From: a virus
IMG/VR virus record: IMGVR_UViG_3300037493_003260
Span: 1 to 64,000 of that record
Direction: 5' to 3' (one strand)
Length of the DNA stretch: 64,000 bases
Shown piece after piece: positions 1 to 8,282 of the stretch; position 1 is the first letter of the stretch, and every line of letters starts with the position of its first letter. A program made the translations under genes and the position numbers. Below the pieces are notes generated by a model. That model did no database searches. It saw only the letters and a program-made list of their open reading frames with translations, and had not been told where the DNA came from.

Positions 1-90
1 CTTGCCCTTCCCGGGCCCGCTCTTGCTGTTCCCGGGCCCGCGTTCTTGCCCCCATGCCCGCTTTCTTGCACCCGGGCCCGCTCTTGCCCT
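1..90. repeat. Imperfect ~20-21 bp tandem repeat with palindromic core CCCGGGCCCG
   Basis: CCCGGGCCCG at 10, 31 and 71, variant CCCATGCCCG at 51, each followed by a (C)TCTTGC-like tail. Confidence 0.85.
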
Positions 91-240
91 ACTTCTTAAA
101 GCCCTTTAATATATATGTAGTCCCAAGTGTGCCAGTACGACACACAGCAATAATCGTGCCAACCCAGTCTTCCTAAACAAGTTTATTAAGTCCTGCATAG
201 CCAGTGTGCCATACTTACTCACAGCTATTTATAAAGTATA

Positions 241-349
241 CTTACTAAAGGCTTTATAAGAACTTTATAAAGACTTTATAAGTACTTTTATAATCCTTTT
301 ATAAGACTTTTACAAATCTTTGCCAAATCTTTTGCAAAGTCTTTAAGAA
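241..349. repeat. 11-bp phased AT-rich repeat array (CTTTATAAG-like)
   Basis: CTT(T) units begin at 241, 252, 263, 274, 285, 296, 307, 318 and 329 (exact 11-bp period), then 341. Confidence 0.85.
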
Positions 350-623
350 GTCCGTGACGGGCGTGGGTAAACTCCCCCTACCTTACTATCCCTACTACTA
401 TACAGTCTGCTTTCTATGTGCTTTGTCATCCTCTTAGTTTAGGCTATTTAGGCTATTTTGCTTCTCCCTGTCACTTCTGCACTCCTGCTACTCTACGTTG
501 TACTTATGGTCTCTGTTCTTGCCTATCTCTTTAAGCCTGCTTTACCTTACCCTTTAGGTCCTTAACCCTAGTCCTTTGGCTGCCCTTTTTGCGGACTTTG
601 CCGTCCTATTCTCCGCAGCTTTG

Positions 624-780
624 CTTGGGTTATTATTTTTTTGGGTTATTTTGGGTTACTGTGTCGTCCTGTCTCACTGTAACCTTTTGACGCACTTTCC
701 TTTATGACTTCTTGGGTTTAATTGCATCTTGGGCTACGGTTGGGTTTATCTTGGGTTTCCATTGGGTTTATTCTTGGGTT
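624..780. repeat. TTGGGTT repeat cluster, partly phased at 11 bp
   Basis: GGG cores at 627, 643, 653, 714, 731, 742, 753, 764, 776. Confidence 0.75.
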
Positions 781-958
781 ATTTTCATACCCTTTCGGGG
801 TCAGTTTTGGCCAGTTGCTTGGCCGCTTGTACCCGTTCGGGGGCATAGTCCAGCAGTCTATACCCTTTAGGGTCTTATGCATCAGTGCTCATCTTAACGT
901 AAATTTTTGTCCATAACATGGCAATGGCTATTGTGCAATAAACAGTGTGTCAAAATGT

Positions 959-986
959 ACCATATTGGTGACCTCACCAATATGGT
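959..986. other. Perfect 13-bp inverted repeat
   Basis: ACCATATTGGTGA-cc-TCACCAATATGGT. Confidence 0.8.
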
Positions 987-993
987 CTGTAGA

Positions 994-1048
994 CAAAAAA
1001 AGACCTTGTATCGCCCACTCTCGGTGAGCATTAATACAAGGTCTTTTG
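994..1048 (-). terminator. Rho-independent terminator closing the minus-strand transcription unit
   Basis: Minus strand: AAAAGACCTTGTAT / ATACAAGGTCTTTT stem, inner GCTCAC-cgaga-GTGGGC hairpin, running into TTTTTTT. Confidence 0.7.
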
Positions 1049-1373
1049 TGTTTCTAATTGCATAACCCTATCCAAGGCCTATTGGCTGGTTAGGTAGGGA
1101 GTAAAAGCAAAGGGGCAAATGCTTGCAAGCCATTCACCCCAAGCGTATCATTTAATTGCAGCATACCTCGCCAAATTGCTGCCTTTCTGTGTACTTTTGG
1201 CGAGTTATAAGGGTGGGGGACCGCAAACCCCCGTAAGTGTTTTTTTGAGTGGTTCTTGCTCCACTACGGTTTTGGGTCTAGGGCACCTTGTCGGATTGAC
1301 CTAGAATACTAAGACCCAAGAAAGTGTGCCTGTTCGCTTGACAATAGCAGAGGCATCTTAGGTATGTTACTAA

Positions 1374-1445
1374 GGTGGCTATTGGGACTCGAACCCAAAC
1401 TGGCTCCATCACAGGGAGACGTGCAGCCGATTACACTATAGCCAC
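1374..1445 (-). tRNA. tRNA-His(GTG)
   Basis: Cloverleaf: acceptor GTGGCTA/TAGCCAC, discriminator C, anticodon loop CT-GTG-AT, T arm TTGGG-TTCGAGT-CCCAA; CCA not encoded. Confidence 0.92.
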
Positions 1446-1447
1446 AA

Positions 1448-1522
1448 TGGTAGCAGTCCTACGAATCGCACGTAGCTCTCCAACTTATGAGGATGGCATG
1501 GTCACTTGACCACCTGACTGCA
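1448..1522 (-). tRNA. tRNA with CAT anticodon (Met/fMet/Ile2 unresolved), atypical
   Basis: Acceptor TGCAGTC/GACTGCT + ACCA, loop CT-CAT-AA, T arm CTACG-TGCGATT-CGTAG. Confidence 0.8.
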
Positions 1523-1529
1523 AAGTGTT

Positions 1530-1618
1530 ACGGGGGCCAGGTTGCTGATTACCTGCGTTCAGCGTCGAATGCGTCTCTCAGCAGGTGAGTCGTCGGCATT
1601 CTACCTAGTGGTCCCCGT
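1530..1618. ncRNA. Candidate structured RNA: three-way junction with complementary hairpin loops
   Basis: Outer stem ACGGGGGCCA/TGGTCCCCGT; hairpins GCTGA/TCAGC and GAATGC/GCATTC; ACCTGC (1551-1556) complementary to GCAGGT (1581-1586). Confidence 0.55.
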
Positions 1619-1801
1619 TTGTTATAACTGCAGCGAAGTTGCCTACTGTAAGCTTACTATCAGTCATCCAAGCATACTTGGACTCGTAGACTTATGGGGT
1701 CTCCCCCTATATCAGTTTGCAGGACTTACTTCTTCGCCCACTACATTGCCGAGTCTCTTTATGCATGTACCCTGATGGCCGTCAGGACATAAACAGTAAC
1801 A

Positions 1802-2026
1802 CTAGCAATGCTTTAAAACTATGCAAATCAGCCAAATTACAGTGGACACAAAAAGCCACCTTCCTAGCTTTGTTTCGAATAAAAGTCCATAAAATATATC
1901 AATCAATACACAAGCACAAAAACCAACTAATACAAAGAGGCTTTCCAGCAGCTCAAAGAAGCCGTTTACTAATCGGTCAATTGCATCCCTAGTTGTCCTT
2001 AGTCTGTGCATGGTTGAATACCACAC
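1802..2026 (-). CDS. Hypothetical small membrane protein
   Basis: Minus-strand ORF in gene tiling, two hydrophobic stretches; start uncertain. Confidence 0.4.
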   Translation of the reverse strand: MWYSTMHRLRTTRDAIDRLVNGFFELLESLFVLVGFCACVLIDIFYGLLFETKLGRWLFVSTVIWLICIVLKHC

Positions 2027-2372
2027 GGTTGCTTTCTGTCAGTTCAACGCTTCTCTGGCGTATTTTGTTAAGGCCCTTCTCAAAGAATGATTGTGTTACG
2101 TACACTGGCATGATTGGACTGTCAGGCAACGGCGACGTATTGCTTATGCCCGCTGCTAGATATATGTCCATTTTGTTCTTCTCAAAGTTCCACACATGAA
2201 ACGTTGTTATGCCCTGTTGCATTGTGTCTATACGTGCATTGATAATCTTGTAACGCTTTTCCATGCCTACATAAAGTATGCCTGTAATGGCTAGAAGCGA
2301 TAAGGCAACCAAGATTAATGCAGTGCCCACTAGCACAATGGCAAACTTGCTGTCTTCTCTGTCGTAGCTCAT
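1989..2372 (-). CDS. Hypothetical protein with N-terminal TM helix
   Basis: FAIVLVGTALILVALSLLAITGILYV; ATGA-type overlap with upstream gene. Confidence 0.7.
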   Translation of the reverse strand: MSYDREDSKFAIVLVGTALILVALSLLAITGILYVGMEKRYKIINARIDTMQQGITTFHVWNFEKNKMDIYLAAGISNTSPLPDSPIMPVYVTQSFFEKGLNKIRQRSVELTESNRVVFNHAQTKDN

Positions 2373-2782
2373 TGCTTTTGCTCTTTCTTTGGAGCTAAGC
2401 CAACCAGCTTGTTGTCAACCCGTATTTGGCGATACTTCCAAATCATAAGTGACCTAAGCCACAGTCCTATGCAACCAACTCGTTTAGTGGGCGGCCCAAC
2501 AGCCAGCTCTACCCATTTGACGGCTTGAACAAGCATATCTTTGTAGCTCTGTTCATTGTCAGGGTCATAAGGAAACTCTTTGCTGTCTTGCTGCACAACA
2601 GCGACCAGCTCGTATGACTCAATTGACTCTTTGGCTTTCCATGCTTCAACTTCTTCATCAGATTCATCTTCAACAATCTGTGGCTCAATATAACCCAAGA
2701 GAACGCCCTCTTCAAGGTCTATCAATGCCACATTGCCATAGTCACTGCCAACAAAGAACCAGCGTCTACGAGACTTTTTCAT
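2369..2782 (-). CDS. Hypothetical protein
   Basis: Start reset to MKKSRR (2782) immediately after the stop of 2784..3038. Confidence 0.65.
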   Translation of the reverse strand: MKKSRRRWFFVGSDYGNVALIDLEEGVLLGYIEPQIVEDESDEEVEAWKAKESIESYELVAVVQQDSKEFPYDPDNEQSYKDMLVQAVKWVELAVGPPTKRVGCIGLWLRSLMIWKYRQIRVDNKLVGLAPKKEQKQ

Positions 2783-2783
2783 A

Positions 2784-3038
2784 TTAATGCACCTGTCTTT
2801 TCTTGGAGGTTCCATTTGGATTAATGCCTGAGTTTCGATAAATACTGCCTTTGTAATTGTTAACACCTGAAGCCCCTGGTCCATAAATACAGTTAAGAGC
2901 AGCGTTGACATCCTTTGTTATGTTAAACCAATAGTCAAACTTGGCTTTCCATTTCTTATAGCCTGCAGGGTATTTAACTTTAAGCATTCCTGCTTCTTTT
3001 AAATCTTTTAATTGGTCTTGAAGTTCCGTGTTAAACAT
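2784..3038 (-). CDS. Hypothetical protein
   Basis: Tiles between neighbours on the minus strand. Confidence 0.65.
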   Translation of the reverse strand: MFNTELQDQLKDLKEAGMLKVKYPAGYKKWKAKFDYWFNITKDVNAALNCIYGPGASGVNNYKGSIYRNSGINPNGTSKKRQVH

Positions 3039-3041
3039 GGT

Positions 3042-4946
3042 CTAGCTCTCCCTTGGCTTGCTATTCAATCGTAGCGCGTCTAATTCCAAAGTAATATCGC
3101 AAGTTTCATCATCAACTCCTAAGCTGCCTGAGCTAGCGGAAGCTTTAGCGACTGCTTTGCCTGATAGATTAATAAACCAACACGGCGTAGCATCGGGATT
3201 TTCTATAACATTCCCGTCTTCGTCTAGCTTAGCATGAGGAACATACGGAAATTCTGGATGCGCTTGAGAAATGCGTGTAAGCAATTTGTCTATATTCAAG
3301 TCTAGGGTATACAGCTGGCTGCTGAATACTCGGTTAAAACGCGCCCAAATACCCCAACTTCCAGATGACTCATTTACACTAAACGTAGCATTTGGGTCAT
3401 CTTCCCTAATCAGAGCATTTGTATCAGTAATGTATGGGTCCAAAGGAAAGTAAGGATTTGCTGCTCCTGGAGCGTCAAGAGTAACATTAACGTTTAAATT
3501 GCCAGAAATTCCAGCTATTGAAAATCCTAATATAATGCCTAATGCTAGTTCCTGCTGACGTGTATTGTTAAGCTTTATAAGACCAACAGGATTTATCGTT
3601 GTACCCTCGTGAACAATAACAGTGTTAGCAATTCCGCAAAATCGGGTATCTTTGCGAATTAAAAAATTTCTATCTTTAAATAAATCTGGAGTTACTGTTG
3701 CAGGAAATATAAGAGCGTCTGTAGGACCTTGAGATGTTACAATAGGAAAACGTAGCGTATCATATTTCCATTGATGTGCTATACCTAAAGAAGACGTAGC
3801 CAATTGTGCGACAGGGTTTAAACCAGCAAAGTATTTAGAACTCTGGGAACCAACTGCTTGGGCGTTTACGTGTAGTTTTAAGGTTTTAGCATTTGGATTT
3901 AGTACTATTGCTGTATCCTGAGTAGAAGGTTTTACCTCTAAGGAAGCCATTCCTGTTGTATCTACCATGGAAAATTGGGCATCCTGTGTGTAATGCTCGT
4001 AGCCAGTGTCATTAGAAGCTTCTGCAAACCATGTTTTTTGTGGCTTATCTGCTATCTTATAGACACTAGTAATGACACCGCCGTCTGTAGGACAGACATC
4101 GTATCCAGCCAACGGTGCATTACCATAAACGTCTGTTAACGGTGTTACATGGTAGTGGTCCTGTTTAATTGTATGTGTTAATCCATATTCTGTAGACGAA
4201 TCGTAGTAATGTACTGGTGGCTCAGTATGGTCTTCTGGCAATGTGCAGAAGGTTTTGGAATCTGTAATAGACCAGAACTCTTTCCATCCAGCCACTATTG
4301 GATGCCTTAAATCTTCAAAAAGAATGGCCCGCCCCCTGGTTCCTGGTGGTGTTGTGGGGGAAGCCTTTGTCACCCCACTAGGTAAGGTAAACTCAGTGCG
4401 TTCAATAGATTCTGCGTCCAGGTATGGGGCACCTCGTAACACGTCTGTCCATTCAGTCTTATTTGCTACATCATTAGGACCAGCCGACTGAAAACTGCCA
4501 TCCGCATCAGTAGAAAAATACTCTGTTAAATTGCTTCCTATAGCGTCAAGAATTTTCTCTACTGACTGCCTAAGCTCAATGATAAACGTTTTACGAAACC
4601 GATAACTAACTTTGCTGATGTCAGAGAACTTAGTCAATTGGTTTCCAGTTAGTCCAGCGTCTATTTCCTCAGCAGCTCTGGCTAACTGGAGTTCCGTTAT
4701 GTATTTTTTTCTGGCCCTGTCAAATCCTGTGTAGTCTGACCCACTGAGTCCATTTTTAGTCATTACTGGGTCATCAGACCACTGTGGAACGGCTCCGCTT
4801 GTGCTTGTCTTAGCCAAAACTGTGCCATCTCCAAAAGGATTTTGAATAGCAACTGACTCCCCTGCTAACTCTTGTCCTTGGTCTCTATGTGTAGCATCAG
4901 TAGCAATAGGTGAGTGACAGGTAGGGCAAAGTTTTTTGTCAGTCAT
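3042..4946 (-). CDS. Putative tail tip / baseplate-associated protein
   Basis: 634 aa, last gene of the tail module, N-terminal CPTC, beta-rich C-terminal half; function from position only. Confidence 0.55.
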   Translation of the reverse strand: MTDKKLCPTCHSPIATDATHRDQGQELAGESVAIQNPFGDGTVLAKTSTSGAVPQWSDDPVMTKNGLSGSDYTGFDRARKKYITELQLARAAEEIDAGLTGNQLTKFSDISKVSYRFRKTFIIELRQSVEKILDAIGSNLTEYFSTDADGSFQSAGPNDVANKTEWTDVLRGAPYLDAESIERTEFTLPSGVTKASPTTPPGTRGRAILFEDLRHPIVAGWKEFWSITDSKTFCTLPEDHTEPPVHYYDSSTEYGLTHTIKQDHYHVTPLTDVYGNAPLAGYDVCPTDGGVITSVYKIADKPQKTWFAEASNDTGYEHYTQDAQFSMVDTTGMASLEVKPSTQDTAIVLNPNAKTLKLHVNAQAVGSQSSKYFAGLNPVAQLATSSLGIAHQWKYDTLRFPIVTSQGPTDALIFPATVTPDLFKDRNFLIRKDTRFCGIANTVIVHEGTTINPVGLIKLNNTRQQELALGIILGFSIAGISGNLNVNVTLDAPGAANPYFPLDPYITDTNALIREDDPNATFSVNESSGSWGIWARFNRVFSSQLYTLDLNIDKLLTRISQAHPEFPYVPHAKLDEDGNVIENPDATPCWFINLSGKAVAKASASSGSLGVDDETCDITLELDALRLNSKPRES

Positions 4947-4948
4947 GC

Positions 4949-7204
4949 TCAGTCCTGCAAAATTGCGTACTTCCCGCTAGAAGAAGCCTGCTTATCCACG
5001 TTGTCTTTTTGAGAAGCTAAGTCTTTCTTTAGTTGTATGTAGTCCTTGGTTCGTGTGTCCTGATAAATAGATTTATGCATACTTTCTGTTTGCTTGGGCT
5101 GTGCAGCTCCAAAGAATACAGGTGCAAATACAGTGTTCTTAACAAACGGCTCATTGGTTAGGGAAATCGTTGTTGTATAGCCGTTTTGAAAATTATGACT
5201 GACATGGCTAATCTCCAGCAATTGGCCCTTAATACTGACAGATGCACGCAAGTCAATTGTCTCGTCTCCTACCACCGTCAGAGTCCCACTAATTGTAGGA
5301 ATACTAGCCCGTGCCAATTCCGCCAGTGCTCTTACCTGCATTCTGGTTTTAACACTAAATTCATTATTAGAGCCATATGTAGGGTCATTACCAAATTTAG
5401 AGTTACTCCAACCACTCAGGGGAATTGCTACTTGGTTTAAAACGATTTCGTATTGAGTATCTGTAATTGACTTTGCAGGTTCCCCAGACCCCGTGCTTAC
5501 CACAGGAGGGGGATTGTCTACAGTATACTCTACCTCGGTTGTTCCTGTGTAGAAGTCGTAATTTAACAAAATCTCTACTGCCATGGTCCCGCCATTGCCA
5601 AATACATCCTGGGTAGTCCAGTTACCATAAGAATCGTGACTGCTAAAGGTAGCCTTTTTTTGTCCCACAGTTGCACGATTCACCTTGCCATGTTTGGTCA
5701 CAGCATACCATATCTTGGGAACTTCGTTTAAGAACACAGTAGCGTGGTCTGAATCAGTATAAACAACTTTAGCACCAAGTCCGACGCGAACTGGGGCGTG
5801 TGTGGCAATCCTGGTTACAACAGGATACAAAGATGTGTACGTGGAATCATTTAATACTTCTCCTGTGGCGTTTGTCCATCCAAATGCACTGTCTTTAAAA
5901 CCACTTCTAAACTCAGAACTTGATTCGCCAGCCCCCACGAAATCATCTAAACAGACCTGAATTTCTTCATCAAATGTTACTGTGGGCTTAGCCTTCTGCC
6001 ATCCAAACACTTGGATATCTTGCAGATTTGTACCGCTAATCTGAAAGCTCAGAGACATACGCCCGTCAGGGTCCTTTTTAGCTACTACTTGTCCAATAGC
6101 ATATTTTGTTCGATACTTTGTGACGGCACCGACAACCGTGACTTTTTTTACGACATCTATGTATGATTCGTCTATCTTGTAGCTGATGATGTTTTTTCCA
6201 AATTGAAACTGACGCGTCGCAAACCCTAAACTGCCGAATCGGTAAACAGAAGTGGCATCCGTAAGCATGTCGTGATAAAGGCGATAATTACCAATGCGTG
6301 ACAGCACCAGCTCAGCAGCTGCAAGAACAGTTTGGTCTGTTATATCAACATATCCTGGGTATTCGTTAGGACCTCCAGTTACGCCTAGTTTAGTCAAAAT
6401 GTCATATGCACTGGCAGGATTTCTTAAAATAGCTAGCGTTTCAGGCGTGGTATCTGCGGCGTTAAACACGGTATTGATACTATGTGCGTCCGTACTAAAC
6501 AATGTCTCTTGTATCAAATCAGTGATGTTACTATGACACACGTAGTTTATTTGTAGGCCACTAGCATCAATAGAATCATTCTTTATTGTTGTGTGCCCTT
6601 TAAATATTTTACGCCCGTTAATGAATATTTCTACGGGTTCGTCCAATCCAGGAGCTGTTTCTCGTGGGTCAACTGGCAAATTAAATGAAGCCGTTGAAAG
6701 GTCACTGCCAAAACCCAAATCTACAGATTCCAGTATCGCTAAAGGTTGTAGGATACTGTTAATGTAAACCTGGTAAGAGGGGGTTGTAAACCTTGGAGCA
6801 TTAGTATCCAGAGTTGGAGTAGCCGTAGCTACATTTGAATCTGCTGATTCTTGCCCTAGCCCATTGGAAGCTCTAACTACAAAGTCTACGGGAACATCCG
6901 TAACAAGGCCGCCAGCTAAATAGCTTGTTCCAAGTGTGTAAAGATTCGGATTAAGTTTGGTGTATATAGCACCCACTTTTTTATAAATGTTAAAGCTGCT
7001 AGCAGAACTGCTCCAAGAAAGGTTTACTGTGTCTCCAGTGCCCGCATCTACGGCTACTAGTCCTATAGGTGCACTTGGAATTGGATTGAGCATATCTGTC
7101 TGGGCATAAAGGTCTTCTATCTCTGGCTTAGTGATTTGCACTGAGCCGTATAGAAGCATAGGTAATTTTATGACTGCACTAGAAGATATAATTTGTTCTG
7201 CCAT
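4949..7204 (-). CDS. Putative tail hub (Tal-like) protein with N-terminal fibronectin type III domain
   Basis: FN3 pattern PSAPIGL..VNLSW..FNIY..FVVRASN..ESADSN; hub-like C-terminus (LTVVGDETIDL..ISHVSHNF..GYTTTISL). Confidence 0.7.
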   Translation of the reverse strand: MAEQIISSSAVIKLPMLLYGSVQITKPEIEDLYAQTDMLNPIPSAPIGLVAVDAGTGDTVNLSWSSSASSFNIYKKVGAIYTKLNPNLYTLGTSYLAGGLVTDVPVDFVVRASNGLGQESADSNVATATPTLDTNAPRFTTPSYQVYINSILQPLAILESVDLGFGSDLSTASFNLPVDPRETAPGLDEPVEIFINGRKIFKGHTTIKNDSIDASGLQINYVCHSNITDLIQETLFSTDAHSINTVFNAADTTPETLAILRNPASAYDILTKLGVTGGPNEYPGYVDITDQTVLAAAELVLSRIGNYRLYHDMLTDATSVYRFGSLGFATRQFQFGKNIISYKIDESYIDVVKKVTVVGAVTKYRTKYAIGQVVAKKDPDGRMSLSFQISGTNLQDIQVFGWQKAKPTVTFDEEIQVCLDDFVGAGESSSEFRSGFKDSAFGWTNATGEVLNDSTYTSLYPVVTRIATHAPVRVGLGAKVVYTDSDHATVFLNEVPKIWYAVTKHGKVNRATVGQKKATFSSHDSYGNWTTQDVFGNGGTMAVEILLNYDFYTGTTEVEYTVDNPPPVVSTGSGEPAKSITDTQYEIVLNQVAIPLSGWSNSKFGNDPTYGSNNEFSVKTRMQVRALAELARASIPTISGTLTVVGDETIDLRASVSIKGQLLEISHVSHNFQNGYTTTISLTNEPFVKNTVFAPVFFGAAQPKQTESMHKSIYQDTRTKDYIQLKKDLASQKDNVDKQASSSGKYAILQD

Positions 7205-7205
7205 T

Positions 7206-7646
7206 TTAGTTTATAACAGTGCGTCCATCTGCAGTAATACACATGAGACGTTTCTGATTGTGTCCTTCCAAATCTTTATACTGAAAACCTAGAAAATAAT
7301 TGATACCAGGAATTCCGACCTCTTGAAGATGCAAGTCAAAGTCCCGTGTTATTTCTCTGAAATATATAAGTCGATATTTAAGGCCATCCTTTCTAAGCAT
7401 GTCTGCCCTGGGTTCTAGAAAGCAGGCTTCCTCGTAAGGAATTTCATGCCGTGTGATTCCGATTGTCCCGTTCTGAAGGTCTACTTTGTATTGTACTAGA
7501 GAGCGTCTGTTGACCAGCCTAAATTGCACAAGATTGTCTTGGTTGTCAAGTACAAGCTTAAAAGGTACTTCTGTACCGTCGCTGTTGTACTGCCATAAAG
7601 GTTCAGGGTTCCCAGCAAAGTAGGCCCCCCAAATAAGGTCAAACAT
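7206..7646 (-). CDS. Hypothetical protein in tail module
   Basis: ORF with GGGAGG SD and its own consensus promoter. Confidence 0.75.
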   Translation of the reverse strand: MFDLIWGAYFAGNPEPLWQYNSDGTEVPFKLVLDNQDNLVQFRLVNRRSLVQYKVDLQNGTIGITRHEIPYEEACFLEPRADMLRKDGLKYRLIYFREITRDFDLHLQEVGIPGINYFLGFQYKDLEGHNQKRLMCITADGRTVIN

Positions 7647-7701
7647 AGTGCCTCCCGAAGACGAATTGCATTAGATTTACTGCAGAGTGTGCCATATGTA
7701 C

Positions 7702-7730
7702 ATTATAACACAAAAAGAAAAGAATGTCAA
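7702..7730 (-). promoter_or_regulatory. Consensus sigma70-type promoter
   Basis: TTGACA-17 bp-TATAAT with extended -10 TG. Confidence 0.85.
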
Positions 7731-7784
7731 CATTGTATTGCAGACATTCCGAACCCGATTGGCATGGAATTGCCAAGGACGTGC

Positions 7785-8249
7785 TTACGTTTCGTCGTAG
7801 ATTAACTTGAACGTCTTTGTGTTAACCGCGCCTGGGGGCGTGGCGACTGTCGTTTGCAGCTGAAGTGTAATGTAACCACTGTAATCAGGATTAGTCACAG
7901 GTGCACTGGGCACCAGTGCGGACCCTTCCACAGTAGGAACAGCCACGGTAGCTACAGAAGAGGTAGTAGAAACAGGTGTAGCATACGAGGCATTAACCGC
8001 AGCCTTGATTGATTCGCCTGTTACGTAAGACCCAGCCGACTGATAAAAACGTAGATTAGCGACAGACGTAAACGACCCAGAGAACTTTGCACGAATCCAT
8101 TTCTCAAAACTGTTCTGACCCGCTGCGATAGGATTACTTGCAGGTGTCAAGTTCGGAGAATCAATGTTTCCAAAGTTCAGATTACTAAGTGAGTCAGTTA
8201 CAACTGCACTAACTGTATTGGTTTCAGAGAAACTTACTGTTGCTGGCAT
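7785..8249 (-). CDS. Putative virion structural protein (beta-sandwich)
   Basis: S/T/A/V-rich 154 aa, strong AAAGGAG SD, in tail module. Confidence 0.65.
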   Translation of the reverse strand: MPATVSFSETNTVSAVVTDSLSNLNFGNIDSPNLTPASNPIAAGQNSFEKWIRAKFSGSFTSVANLRFYQSAGSYVTGESIKAAVNASYATPVSTTSSVATVAVPTVEGSALVPSAPVTNPDYSGYITLQLQTTVATPPGAVNTKTFKLIYDET

Positions 8250-8282
8250 GAGTGTATCTCCTTTCTTTAGAATTTACTGGAA

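Noticed and set aside
1-349. Possible CRISPR array
   Set aside because: Repeats are 10-20 bp, contiguous and degenerate, with no unique 30-40 bp spacers and no cas genes
722-1304. Plus-strand ORFs 722..916 and 1119..1304
   Set aside because: They run through low-complexity repeat DNA, have no recognisable motifs and oppose the orientation of all other genes
1250-1373. HDV-like (theta) ribozyme in the tRNA 3' trailer
   Set aside because: Hairpins exist but I could not build the nested P1/P2/P3/P1.1 pseudoknot or the catalytic C junction
1530-1618. Hammerhead ribozyme, tmRNA or SRP identity for the structured element
   Set aside because: No CUGANGA/GAAA core, no T-arm/CCA end and no SRP domain IV motif, so it is left unassigned
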